Below are positions 27,396 through 36,166 of a stretch of DNA of 64,000 nt, piece after piece. Source of the stretch: a plasmid; the sequence record NZ_CP118102.1; one strand, given 5' to 3'. Every line of letters begins with the position of its first letter. The stretch's first letter is position 1. Made by a program: the position numbers and the translations under genes. The notes beneath the pieces were generated by a model, which worked only from the letters and a program-made list of their open reading frames with translations, did no database searches and was not told the DNA's origin.

Positions 27396-28193
27396 GTGCT
27401 TCCCACACTTCCACCAGAGATGTACGCTGTGGACCAGTATGACCACTATCATATTAACTTTTCAGGGGGTGCCGACTCACTTGCGCTCGCCTTGATTATG
27501 AAATATGGATACAAAATACCATCCGAAAAGATGGTTCTTGTCCATATGCGAGTTGATGGAAATCCGGAAGAGAAGCAGCAACTCTTTGATTGGCCGCAGA
27601 CCGATGAATACTTGCGATACGCAAGTGAAAAGCTGGATATTCCATTGGTCGTTATTTGGGGTGACAAGTCACTTGAAGAACGTATTCGAGATCGCAAAAT
27701 GTTTCCGGATAAAAGCTGCAGATTCTGCACTTCTTATACGAAGCGAGACGTTTACGCAAAGTGGGTTCGTCAGTTCGATGACTGTAAAATTCTAATGCTT
27801 ACTGGGGAACGCTCAGAAGAATCATCTGATCGAGCGAAGGAGCCAATATTTGAGTATCATCCTGCCCATGCAACTAAAAGAAAGAATCGTGAAGTGCATT
27901 GGTTCCGACCGATCAAGAATATGCTTAAATCCCAGGTTAAGCAGCTGGCCGCCAATTACAGTATTGAACTACACCCTTGTTATCAATGGGTTTCACGTTG
28001 CAGCTGTCGTTTCTGTATCTTTAATACCGCTTCGGAAATGGAGCGTGTCGCTCAGCTCTACCCTGATGATTGGGAGTACTTAAAACGTATGGAGTTACAT
28101 CTTGGCCATACCATGAAAACCAAAAGGGGTAAACCAGTCCTTCTTTCTGAATTTGTGAATGAATCTCAAGTCACCATATCAGACTTCATCTGA
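27396..28193 (+). CDS. PAPS reductase-like PP-loop ATP pyrophosphatase family protein (DndC/CysH-like superfamily)
   Basis: PP-loop INFSGGADSLAL (SGGxDS). C-terminal Cys cluster CYQWVSRCSCRFC. Start is uncertain: GTG at 27396 or ATG at 27420, neither with a strong RBS. Confidence 0.7.
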   Translation: MLPTLPPEMYAVDQYDHYHINFSGGADSLALALIMKYGYKIPSEKMVLVHMRVDGNPEEKQQLFDWPQTDEYLRYASEKLDIPLVVIWGDKSLEERIRDRKMFPDKSCRFCTSYTKRDVYAKWVRQFDDCKILMLTGERSEESSDRAKEPIFEYHPAHATKRKNREVHWFRPIKNMLKSQVKQLAANYSIELHPCYQWVSRCSCRFCIFNTASEMERVAQLYPDDWEYLKRMELHLGHTMKTKRGKPVLLSEFVNESQVTISDFI

Positions 28194-28232
28194 AGAGAAT
28201 CGATAGAACTAACTATAAAGGAGGCAATAAAC

Positions 28233-28613
28233 ATGCAGACAATTTTCAAAGAAAATCATAAACAACGTATGAACCCGGAGCTTATTAACCAGATGGAATC
28301 TGTAGTTAAAAGCGTTATAGTTAACGAAAAATTTCATGCAGACTTTTATTTACATGACCTTAAAGTAATGGACTCTTCCAATGGAGGAATATTTGCCTGG
28401 TATGTCTATGATTGCGGTACTCATTTAATTCAACTGAGTAATTATGATGAAGTAATCGCATTTCAAAAGGAATGGATCCAAAGCATGCCTAGCATCCGTG
28501 ATAAGCATTGGAGAGATTGTTTATATGTTTGTGATACCGCCAAAAGTGAACTCAAAATCGTTAAGAGTTTTAGCGAGGGTAACTTGGTAGAGCAGCTCAA
28601 ATTAGTCGTCTGA
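28233..28613 (+). CDS. Hypothetical protein
   Basis: 126 aa. AAGGAGG RBS. No recognisable motif. Confidence 0.55.
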   Translation: MQTIFKENHKQRMNPELINQMESVVKSVIVNEKFHADFYLHDLKVMDSSNGGIFAWYVYDCGTHLIQLSNYDEVIAFQKEWIQSMPSIRDKHWRDCLYVCDTAKSELKIVKSFSEGNLVEQLKLVV

Positions 28614-28742
28614 CTTTGGAGGGCCTTGAGAAGAGTGGAGGGTTAGCTGTCTGCAGCTAACACTTTCACTCCTCAATTAGGCTGTCCAGAGTGACACCTT
28701 TTTTAATTCATAACCCCCATACCGGAAGGAGAAATTTCAAAA

Positions 28743-28988
28743 ATGTCGCAACAATTCCACAACCAAGGTTTTATTATTATGATTGAACAGGACGCAGCAG
28801 AAAAGGATTACACAGCATATATACCAGCACTTCGACTTGGAGCCAAAGGTCATACTCTTGAAGAAGTCCGTGACAATGCTCGAGACCTAATTCTTATGGA
28901 AGTCGAGGCAATGCAAAAAAGTGGAAAATCCATTCCATCTGACGACAACTGTATTGTAGAAACACTTTCAGTTTCCCTCACAGTGTAA
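28743..28988 (+). CDS. HicB-family antitoxin-like protein (UPF0150)
   Basis: 81 aa. The core YTAYIPALRLGAKGHTLEEVRDNARDLILMEVE fits the HicB antitoxin domain. GGAAGGAG RBS. No HicA-like partner is seen nearby. Confidence 0.6.
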   Translation: MSQQFHNQGFIIMIEQDAAEKDYTAYIPALRLGAKGHTLEEVRDNARDLILMEVEAMQKSGKSIPSDDNCIVETLSVSLTV

Positions 28989-29002
28989 TTTTCGAAACAA
29001 TA

Positions 29003-29040
29003 AAAGGAACGCCTTCATTCGATTGGAAGCGTTCCTTTTC
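29003..29040 (+). terminator. Rho-independent terminator after the hicB-like gene
   Basis: AAGGAACGCcttcattcgattggaaGCGTTCCTTTT. Confidence 0.65.
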
Positions 29041-29143
29041 AATGTTGAAATTCAAGAGTCTTGCTGCTGGTTCATCTGTGTTGTATTTCAACACAATAAC
29101 TACTATACTATGGTTAAATTAAGTATAGAGGAGTAAGACAAGT

Positions 29144-29431
29144 ATGTTATTCGGTGATTATATACGTGAACTACGAAAAGCAAGAGAACTTACACAAGAC
29201 CAATTATCTAATTTAACAGGGATAAAAAAGCCTTATATTAGCCGTCTAGAAAATAATCACGATAATCCACCTAGCGAAGAGTTGTTGATTCGTCTTGCTG
29301 AAGCATTAGAAGTAGAAACGTATGAATTGATTCTTAAGGCCGGTAAAGTTCCAGAGGATTTCAAAAATCTTATAATTTATGATCCTGAGGTATATAGATT
29401 CCTGGTTAAAAAAATTAAACAAAGTAAATGA
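29144..29431 (+). CDS. XRE-family helix-turn-helix transcriptional regulator
   Basis: IRELRKARELTQDQLSNLTGIKKPYISRLEN is a canonical HTH_XRE. 95 aa. Confidence 0.8.
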   Translation: MLFGDYIRELRKARELTQDQLSNLTGIKKPYISRLENNHDNPPSEELLIRLAEALEVETYELILKAGKVPEDFKNLIIYDPEVYRFLVKKIKQSK

Positions 29432-29497
29432 AAAAATATATAAAAAACAACCAGATAATAAGGTGCTTTTATCTGGTTGAAACATAAGGAGGCATTT

Positions 29498-29800
29498 ATG
29501 CTGAAAAAGATAAACTTCAGAGGCTCAGATTATTTCATACATAAAATTAAATATCCGGACAATAAGAATACTTGTATCATCCTAGACCCTAATGAGCAGC
29601 TTATCAATAATGAAGATTTATACGTAGTCTCCGTTAACCTTGATTTAGGAGAACCATTTCTTGATTTTATCCCATTTGATGTTAATAAACTACCTATGTA
29701 CTTGATGTCTGATCTTATTGAAATGGAAGTATTGGCAGCCCCAACTCACCAAGTGAAGTCCGGTTTTGTTACATACCCACTTTGTAAAGTATTAATTTAA
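29498..29800 (+). CDS. Hypothetical protein
   Basis: The ATG at 29498 follows AAGGAGG. The track start at 29477 is a TTG inside the RBS region. About 100 aa with no motif. A bidirectional terminator hairpin follows: AAACAGTGATTGttacAATCACTGTTT at 29805-29835. Confidence 0.5.
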   Translation: MLKKINFRGSDYFIHKIKYPDNKNTCIILDPNEQLINNEDLYVVSVNLDLGEPFLDFIPFDVNKLPMYLMSDLIEMEVLAAPTHQVKSGFVTYPLCKVLI

Positions 29801-29965
29801 TTCAAACAGTGATTGTTACAATCACTGTTTACATGCATGCAGCGATCACGATCAGCTGCTATTCCCCTATAAATTGATCCTTGAAATGATGAAATCTGCA
29901 TTTACTTGCGAAAGAGTAATAGACTTTGAAGTGAGAGCAACCTACTTATAGACCGGTTGCTCTTT

Positions 29966-30913
29966 CTAAACTTGCTTTTTTTCTTTTGATGTTATGATGG
30001 AAGGGATCGAAGGTTTTATTTTATGCATTGCTCTTTCCTTCACCTCATCCATAACGTGAGTATATATTTGAGTTGTAGAAATGGACTCATGACCAAGAAG
30101 ATCCTGTACTGCACGAAGATCAGCCCCATTCCGTAAAAGATCCGTCGCGAATGAATGTCTAAATTTATGGGCAGATAATGACATTCCGGAAAACTGAGGA
30201 TATTCTGCTATAAGTGCATCAAAAGTTTTTTCTGCGATAGTCTGCACCATTCGCTTGCTAATACGCCTGCGAAATTGAGAAACAAAGAAAGCAGGCTCCT
30301 TGCTATTCCAGGGAGTTATTCGTTCCGTCAAGTATAACTCTAACAGTTGATTTAACTCAGCTGGAAGAGGGATATATCTCCATTTCCCCCCTTTACCTAA
30401 GACACCAATATTTGAGTTATCTTTATCATAATTAACTATATCTAATCTAACTATCTCGCTTACACGAAGTCCAGCGTACGCCATTAAAGCGACGATCGTA
30501 ATATCCCTTAATTGATGTCTTCCTTTAATGAGCTCCAGGGAGGCATCTAAAAACTGTTTTTGGAGGTAGGTAGGTTGCCTTTTCTTTTCAACTTTTGCTT
30601 TTTCAATGTCCAATGTAGGATTATGATCTATTACTCGGAATCTAACCATCACTTTATAAAATAATCGAATTGCTGACTGACACCGATTTCGGTAGCGTGC
30701 TCCTGCACCATTTTCTCTAACCTGGGTGAGATAGGTCATAATTTCAATATCCGTAACATCATTGATGGGTTTATCATCTAAACTTAGGAGAAAATGCTTT
30801 AAATCATGAAGATAAGCATTTTGGGTATCTTTCGAATATTCACGATCCTTCATATAGGAAACAAACAGCCTTACTTCTCGATCGTAACGCTCGAATATTT
30901 CTATATAACCCAT
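29966..30913 (-). CDS. Tyrosine site-specific recombinase / integrase (XerC/XerD-like)
   Basis: Catalytic-region motifs [39 protein letters not shown] (R..H..R..Y) and an N-terminal SAM-like core-binding domain. No IntI-specific insertion. Confidence 0.85.
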   Translation of the reverse strand: MGYIEIFERYDREVRLFVSYMKDREYSKDTQNAYLHDLKHFLLSLDDKPINDVTDIEIMTYLTQVRENGAGARYRNRCQSAIRLFYKVMVRFRVIDHNPTLDIEKAKVEKKRQPTYLQKQFLDASLELIKGRHQLRDITIVALMAYAGLRVSEIVRLDIVNYDKDNSNIGVLGKGGKWRYIPLPAELNQLLELYLTERITPWNSKEPAFFVSQFRRRISKRMVQTIAEKTFDALIAEYPQFSGMSLSAHKFRHSFATDLLRNGADLRAVQDLLGHESISTTQIYTHVMDEVKERAMHKIKPSIPSIITSKEKKQV

Positions 30914-30943
30914 TAACTCACATCCTAAAATTCGTTTTAAATC

Positions 30944-30977
30944 AAAATTGCATTAAATGCTTATTTAATGCAATTTT
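30944..30977. other. Perfect palindrome (15-bp stem, 4-nt loop) immediately upstream of the integrase gene
   Basis: AAAATTGCATTAAAT-GCTT-ATTTAATGCAATTTT. Same architecture as the palindrome at 22615-22646 but a different sequence. Confidence 0.6.
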
Positions 30978-31130
30978 ATTATAGCAAAAGTGCAGTCATT
31001 TACAAAGAAACAGAATAGCAGGAGCTATGGTGCTCTTAATAATATTAAAGGCGAAATATGTTTATTCATCCAAAATAGAGACTTGCCGATATATATTAGA
31101 AACACGCTATAAAAAGGAGGTATTGGTATT

Positions 31131-31328
31131 ATGTCAATTCGTTTCATGAAGCCATTAAAATCTGATATTCAACTGCATACAGCAAAATTGGACCAGGAGC
31201 CAATATTAGTCTTTAATTCATATGAGCTTGTCGGTAGCGGCAGTATTGAAGAAATCACAGAGTATTCGGTCAAAGTTCGTGGAAATCGCTATTTTAAGGG
31301 AGTGCATACGTTCAAGTATGCTCAATAA
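31131..31328 (+). CDS. Hypothetical small protein (65 aa)
   Basis: AAAAAGGAGGT RBS. Confidence 0.45.
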   Translation: MSIRFMKPLKSDIQLHTAKLDQEPILVFNSYELVGSGSIEEITEYSVKVRGNRYFKGVHTFKYAQ

Positions 31329-31480
31329 CAGTTGAAATTTGAGTAAGTTTAGCGAAAAATCTTATTTTTTCAAACATTAAAAGAAGTAGTTCAAAATAAT
31401 TAACATTTAAAAAGGATTTTATAGGTAAATAGTCGAATGGATATATGAGATAAAATAACTACACGAGAGAGGTTAGGAAC

Positions 31481-32209
31481 ATGAAGGATAAGCTTAAAGG
31501 CATGGTTTTAGGAGTTTTAATTAGTTCATTAGTATTGGGTGGTACTGTGACATATGCTGCTACTAATACAAAGTTGAGTGTTGTTTTAGAAAATATAAAG
31601 TATATGTTTGACGGTGTCCATAAACAAACGACTCAGTCCATCATTTATAATGGGACATTGTATGTTCCAGCTAAGAAAGTAGCTCAAGGATTTGGAGAAT
31701 CTTTTACATATGATGGAAAGAACAAGACAGCTTGGTACGGACAAAAGAACGGAACATTTAAATATCTAGATGAAATTAGTTATGCTAGAGTGGACGGGAA
31801 AAATCCAACTGGATCGATTAACTTTAAAAATTGGACGAATCCTGCTAACTTAAAATTTACAATCGCTGACCAACAATATCTTCATGGTATAGGATCAGTA
31901 CTTGATCAAAATTATAGTAGTGGCGATTACCAAAACTCAATTGATTACAATTTAAATGGTAAATATAAAAAATTAACTGGCTTTATTGGAGTTGATGATT
32001 ACACAAAAAATTCGGTTAATACAGGTACAATCACCATTATAGGTGATGGACAAGAATTGTTTAGACAAGAAAATCTAAAGGGTGGAGATATGCCATCTAA
32101 AATTAACGTAGACGTAAGTGGTGTATTAAAGCTTCAAATTAAATTTGAAAGTTCAGTTGATGAAGGTAAGCATATTGATTTAGTTATTGGAGATGCTAAA
32201 TTGTATTGA
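31481..32209 (+). CDS. Secreted protein with copper-amine-oxidase-like N-terminal domain and NPCBM-like C-terminal domain
   Basis: Signal peptide. KYMFDGVHKQTTQSIIYNGTLYVPAKKVAQGFGESFTYDG resembles Cu-amine-oxidase N-domain repeats found in Bacillales secreted proteins. The C-terminal part is NPCBM/NEW2-like. Terminator at about 32271-32300. Confidence 0.55.
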   Translation: MKDKLKGMVLGVLISSLVLGGTVTYAATNTKLSVVLENIKYMFDGVHKQTTQSIIYNGTLYVPAKKVAQGFGESFTYDGKNKTAWYGQKNGTFKYLDEISYARVDGKNPTGSINFKNWTNPANLKFTIADQQYLHGIGSVLDQNYSSGDYQNSIDYNLNGKYKKLTGFIGVDDYTKNSVNTGTITIIGDGQELFRQENLKGGDMPSKINVDVSGVLKLQIKFESSVDEGKHIDLVIGDAKLY

Positions 32210-32563
32210 TAGATGGCTGTAGGTAGAGTTTCATGAAAATTAAGGTTAAATAGAAAGATTCTTTAATGAAAAAGCGGCAGTCGCTGAGACTGCCGTTATT
32301 TAATTTTTGATATGAACTTTGTAAAAGTAAATTTCTTATAGCGGAATCATAGAAAGCGAAAAATAGCTGTATAGGGATGCTACATTTGGATGGGGATCCA
32401 AACTGATGCAAACGGCCATATTTAAATCACATTGGGTTAAGCTGATGGGAAACGTTAGTCGAAAATAAATTGGAGCAATTTGCCGATTGGCAGCTGCTCC
32501 TTGCTCATTAAGCTAAGCTAGTTACGGGCAGGCTAATAAAATAAAAAACCTCTTATGAGGTCT

Positions 32564-32806
32564 TTATTCCTTAATGTTGCTCTTATAATGTTGGTATCGA
32601 CTAATTCCTAAAAATACTGAAGCAATAATAAACATCCAAGATTGAAACATATCTTGCCTTCTGATTATGTCTTGAATTAATGAAGAAGCGGCAAGAAGTA
32701 TTAGAGTTAATATAACTACATCGGCAAACAAAGGTATTCTTTTGAAGTACCACCTTAGAACTAGCCAACTTAAAGCTCCTAGGCCTAACAACCAATAAAG
32801 AAACAT
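32564..32806 (-). CDS. Small membrane protein (paralog 1)
   Basis: 80 aa, MFLYWLLGLGALSWLVLRWYFKR..., with two hydrophobic helices. Terminator hairpin downstream at about 32540-32560. Confidence 0.5.
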   Translation of the reverse strand: MFLYWLLGLGALSWLVLRWYFKRIPLFADVVILTLILLAASSLIQDIIRRQDMFQSWMFIIASVFLGISRYQHYKSNIKE

Positions 32807-32889
32807 TGTTGCACCTCACAAAAATTAGATGTATTTTAAGGAAAACAAATAGCACCTTGTTGTTAGAAGGTCTGGCTTTGTAGATTGAT

Positions 32890-33150
32890 TTAAGATTGAA
32901 CAATGATTTTCTTTATTTCCTTATAACGACGGAATGCAAGTATAAGTGAAGTGATAATAGTCATGAGAGCAACAAAAGGGTCTGATTGGTATTTAAATAA
33001 AACCTCAAAGAGATATCCAACTCCAAGTAAAAATAGGGTTAGGATCATGGTATCCGTAAATGTTGGTTTTATATTCAAAAATTTTTTGAATGACCAATTT
33101 AGAATTAAGGAACTGATAACCCCTAAGCCAATAACCCAATATACGAACAT
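32890..33150 (-). CDS. Small membrane protein (paralog 2)
   Basis: MFVYWVIGLGVISSLILNWSFKK... aligns with paralog 1 from the first residue. Start moved to the ATG at 33150 with GGAGGTG RBS. The track N-terminal extension has no counterpart in paralog 1. Confidence 0.5.
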   Translation of the reverse strand: MFVYWVIGLGVISSLILNWSFKKFLNIKPTFTDTMILTLFLLGVGYLFEVLFKYQSDPFVALMTIITSLILAFRRYKEIKKIIVQS

Positions 33151-33229
33151 GTCACACCTCCAGATTAAACTTAACACAATATACAGTATATGTAAATTAC
33201 ATCGAAAGACGATTTTTGTCGAGGGACAA

Positions 33230-33335
33230 TAACTTGTACCGATTACCGGAATGGACATGAGCATGGGCCTATTACCGATTAGATAAATATCTAACTGAAA
33301 TTCACAGCTATTTCATTAAGCTAACGGGCAGGTTA
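33230..33335 (+). repeat. Partial copy of composite repeat R2, ending in the R1 terminal motif cattaagctaacgggcagg
   Basis: cttgtaccgattaccggaatggaca...ccgattaccgattagataaatatctaactgaaattcacagctatttcattaagctaacgggcagg matches 35283-35375 almost base for base. Confidence 0.8.
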
Positions 33336-33533
33336 ACGTCCGCCTACTCCACCAACTTTCTAATTAACTAACGCGCAGTCGCGAAAAAAAGAACCATTTG
33401 AATTTAATTGCAGCAGCAAAGCACAGAATAATTCATCCTTAATAAAAGACAATTTTCTTGTTTTAGTCAGAAGGGGGGGGTCTCAACTAACGCGTGAAGA
33501 ATAATTGGAATGACTTTTGAAAGGAGATTCGAA

Positions 33534-33587
33534 TTGAAAATTTGTAAAAGAGGCTGCAATTGTTGCTGTAGTGATCTTTATCTTTAA
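33534..33587 (+). CDS. Putative 17-aa Cys-rich peptide (M)KICKRGCNCCCSDLYL
   Basis: TTG start 7 nt after AAAGGAGA. Not in the ORF track because it is shorter than 60 aa. Shares a K-C-(K/R)..C.NC-like motif with the Cys-rich segment of 23144..23512. Speculative. Confidence 0.25.
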   Translation: MKICKRGCNCCCSDLYL

Positions 33588-33762
33588 TTTAATTTTGGAA
33601 CTACTATTTGATATGAGCGATTTCTTTGAGAGTTTTGAAAAGGGATTTGTACTGGGAGTAGGGTATTACTTAATACTTCTTATATCAGTATTTTTAATAG
33701 TATTGATAATAATGGCTATATCTAGGATTATCTCTAAACTAAGGAGAACTAATAAAAAATGA
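33571..33762 (+). CDS. Hypothetical small membrane protein (63 aa)
   Basis: ORF-track entry, strongly hydrophobic (LGVGYYLILLISVFLIVLIIMAI). Overlaps the end of the Cys-rich mini-ORF in another frame. Confidence 0.35.
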   Translation: MIFIFNLILELLFDMSDFFESFEKGFVLGVGYYLILLISVFLIVLIIMAISRIISKLRRTNKK

Positions 33763-34134
33763 GTTATACGTATGCAGGCTAAATGATTAGATTTAAAACA
33801 AAAAGACAGGTAGAAATTCTCGTATTAATTTTAGATCGTATCATTAAGCTAACGGGTAGGTTAGGTTAACATAACAAAGATGTAAAAATGCCCATAAATT
33901 CTACTACTTAAAAACGCGCTGATAAGCAATTTTCACGGGCTGTATTGATCTCGTCAGTGCCAGTACAGGGGAGTTGAGAAAAAGGTACGGGTTGATTTAT
34001 GTGGATAAGGAGATGAAGGGAACGGAACATTGAAACGCAGCCGTAAGGACTCCTTTTACTGGTAAAAAAATGCATTGAATCAAACGGCCAGGAATTAAAT
34101 TAGTATATATTTTAGACTCATTGAGTTTGTTAAA

Positions 34135-34175
34135 GGAAAAGACTGAGTCCATACGGAAACATGGACTCAGTCTTT
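34135..34175. terminator. Terminator-like hairpin
   Basis: AAGACTGAGTCCATacggaaacATGGACTCAGTCTTTT. Confidence 0.55.
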
Positions 34176-34477
34176 TGCAATACCTTGCTTATTTTAAATA
34201 GTCAAGCATAAAGGGAATTTGACTTCTCTTCGGACCACCCCTTTATTTTCTTTGCCGTAAACGGAGCGCTAACCGGTCGATTAGAGTAATAGTTCCGCAA
34301 TTGTTCAACGTACATTTCAATTCATTACTATCAATTGAAGTTGGATACTCATCTTCAAACATTACCAAGGATTGTGGCAGACGTGTACTGGGCACCGTTG
34401 GTTGCGATCGGATCATAAATTGTCGGGAGACAAGAACATATTCCCATTGAAGTCGCTAATTTAGCGGCTTTTTTGTT

Positions 34478-35241
34478 ATGGCTTTAGCCAGTTGAGTGCG
34501 TGAAACGCGCGAAACAAAAAACCACCCGCTATGCGGGTGGAGGAATCAAAGGTTTGACCACCAAGACCATTCCGATAGAATTGAGATGTTCAGGCTCAAA
34601 GAAAGGAATGGTCTTAGATGGCAAACAAGAGCTACAGCCTAGCTCACACAAAGTGGATGTGCAAATACCACATTGTATTCACCCCGAAGTATAGACGGAA
34701 AGAGATCTATAATCAAGTAAGAAAAGATCTAATTGAAATATTCAAACGTTTATGTAAGTACAAAGGAGTAGAAATCATAGAAGGCCACATGATGCCAGAT
34801 CACGTGCACATGTTGGTAGCAATCCCACCGAAAATTGCAGTCTCATCGTTCATGGGATATCTAAAAGGTAAAAGTTCTCTAATGATCTTTGAGAAACATG
34901 CCCAACTAAAATACAAATACGGAAATCGTAAATTCTGGGCAGAAGGATATTATGTAAGTACAGTGGGCTTAAATGAAGCGACGGTAAGAAAGTACATTCG
35001 TGAACAAGAAGCACATGACCAAGCAGTAGATAAACTGAGCGTAAAAGAATACGAAGATCCGTTCATCAGTAACAGGACCAAAAAGAAATAAACCAGTTTA
35101 ACTGGTAAGTGAAAGTGACAAAAACACTGAGCCTGAACAGACTTGCTGTCAGGCTAGCGTCTTTAGGCGCAGTTTGGCAACAGGGGGTTATACCCCAAGA
35201 GCAAACCACCCGTTGGACGGGTGGTCCTGATTTTGATTTTA
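34478..35241 (+). mobile_element. IS200/IS605-family insertion sequence (tnpA only), inserted into a copy of repeat R2
   Basis: Subterminal hairpins CCACCCGCTATGCGGGTGG on the left and CCACCCGTTGGACGGGTGG on the right. The flanks (…agcggcttttttg | IS | attttatcggtacaag…) are contiguous in the uninterrupted inverted copy at 51043-51095, which defines the ends without a target duplication. Confidence 0.85.
34618..35091 (+). CDS. tnpA: IS200/IS605 family transposase TnpA (HUH Y1)
   Basis: HUH motif PDHVHMLVAIPPK. Y1 region KFWAEGYYVSTVG. 157 aa. Confidence 0.9.
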   Translation: MANKSYSLAHTKWMCKYHIVFTPKYRRKEIYNQVRKDLIEIFKRLCKYKGVEIIEGHMMPDHVHMLVAIPPKIAVSSFMGYLKGKSSLMIFEKHAQLKYKYGNRKFWAEGYYVSTVGLNEATVRKYIREQEAHDQAVDKLSVKEYEDPFISNRTKKK

Positions 35242-35244
35242 TCG

Positions 35245-35375
35245 GTACAAGTTCTTGTCCCAAGCCAAGGACAAGAACTTGTACCGATTGCCGAAATGGA
35301 CAAGAACATAGTCCGATTACCGATTAGATAAATATCTAACTGAAGTTTACAGCTAGTTCATTAAGCTAACGGGCA
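35245..35375 (+). repeat. Composite repeat R2: 20-bp-stem palindrome plus conserved tail ending in the R1 motif
   Basis: ATCGGTACAAGTTCTTGTCC-caagccaagg-GGACAAGAACTTGTACCGAT, then tgccgaaatggacaagaacatagtccgattaccgattagataaatatctaactgaagtttacagctagttcattaagctaacgggca. The left part of the unit (34422-34477) is separated from this by the IS200. Confidence 0.85.
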
Positions 35376-35553
35376 TATTAGTTATAATTGTTTTCTACAG
35401 GCAATAGCGTGTTTTTATGGGTTATCATTGCTCATAGAAGATTAACCACAAATCTATAAAGGAGCCAAAACATGAGCAACGATACTCATTCATTATCTGA
35501 AGAAGATACTTTTACAATTGAGTGTAATGATATCATTCTAAGGGAATTTATTT

Positions 35554-35987
35554 GTGTGTACTGATTTAGATGAGTTTCATTCCTTGACATGGCAACCCGA
35601 AATACATGAATATTTGCCGGGTTGGAACGTAACTAAAGAGCAACGAAAAAATTGGCTTATTAATTATGAAATCCTTGAAAACAAACAGTTTTTAATTGCC
35701 GTATCACAAGGTGGTGTCATTGGTGAGCTTCGACTTCGGATGGGAATCGAACTAAGGGAGTCAGGGGAGTTAATCGGTTGGTGCTGTACTGGAATCGATG
35801 CTTGGACAACCAACCGATTGAACGATTCTGGGGTACCTTTAAAGCAGAAAGCTATTATCTGGAGAAGTATGACACATACGATGATCTTCTAAAAAGTGTG
35901 AAAATCTACATGCGCTACTACAATAACAATCGGTATACCGAACGGCTCAACGGTTTATCTCCTAACGAATTTCGCCGAGCAGCTTAA
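35554..35987 (+). pseudogene. Remnant: GNAT-like fragment fused to the C-terminal fragment of an IS3-family transposase (OrfB)
   Basis: ORF 35778..35987, IERFWGTFKAESYYLEKYDTYDDL...ERLNGLSPNEFRRAA, is the conserved C-terminus of IS3 integrase-core transposases. The overlapping ORF 35554..35892 in another frame looks like part of an acetyltransferase. Neither is intact. Confidence 0.6.
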
Positions 35988-36166
35988 CTAAGGGAAAATA
36001 ATCACCTCACTTTATAGCCGAGGTATTGAAGAGTGATAATCTTTTGTTTTTTAGACTGTCTACTTGACAGGGAGCACTTCACTTTTAGCCAGGCGCTTCT
36101 TTTTTCTTTCGCAAAGGGGCAACTGGCGGCCTTGACCGACTGCCAATCGCCGCGCCGTGTAAAGTT

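Noticed and set aside
29966-30913. Integron integrase (IntI)
   Set aside because: Standard XerC/D-like tyrosine recombinase length and motifs, without the extra IntI patch between boxes I and II.
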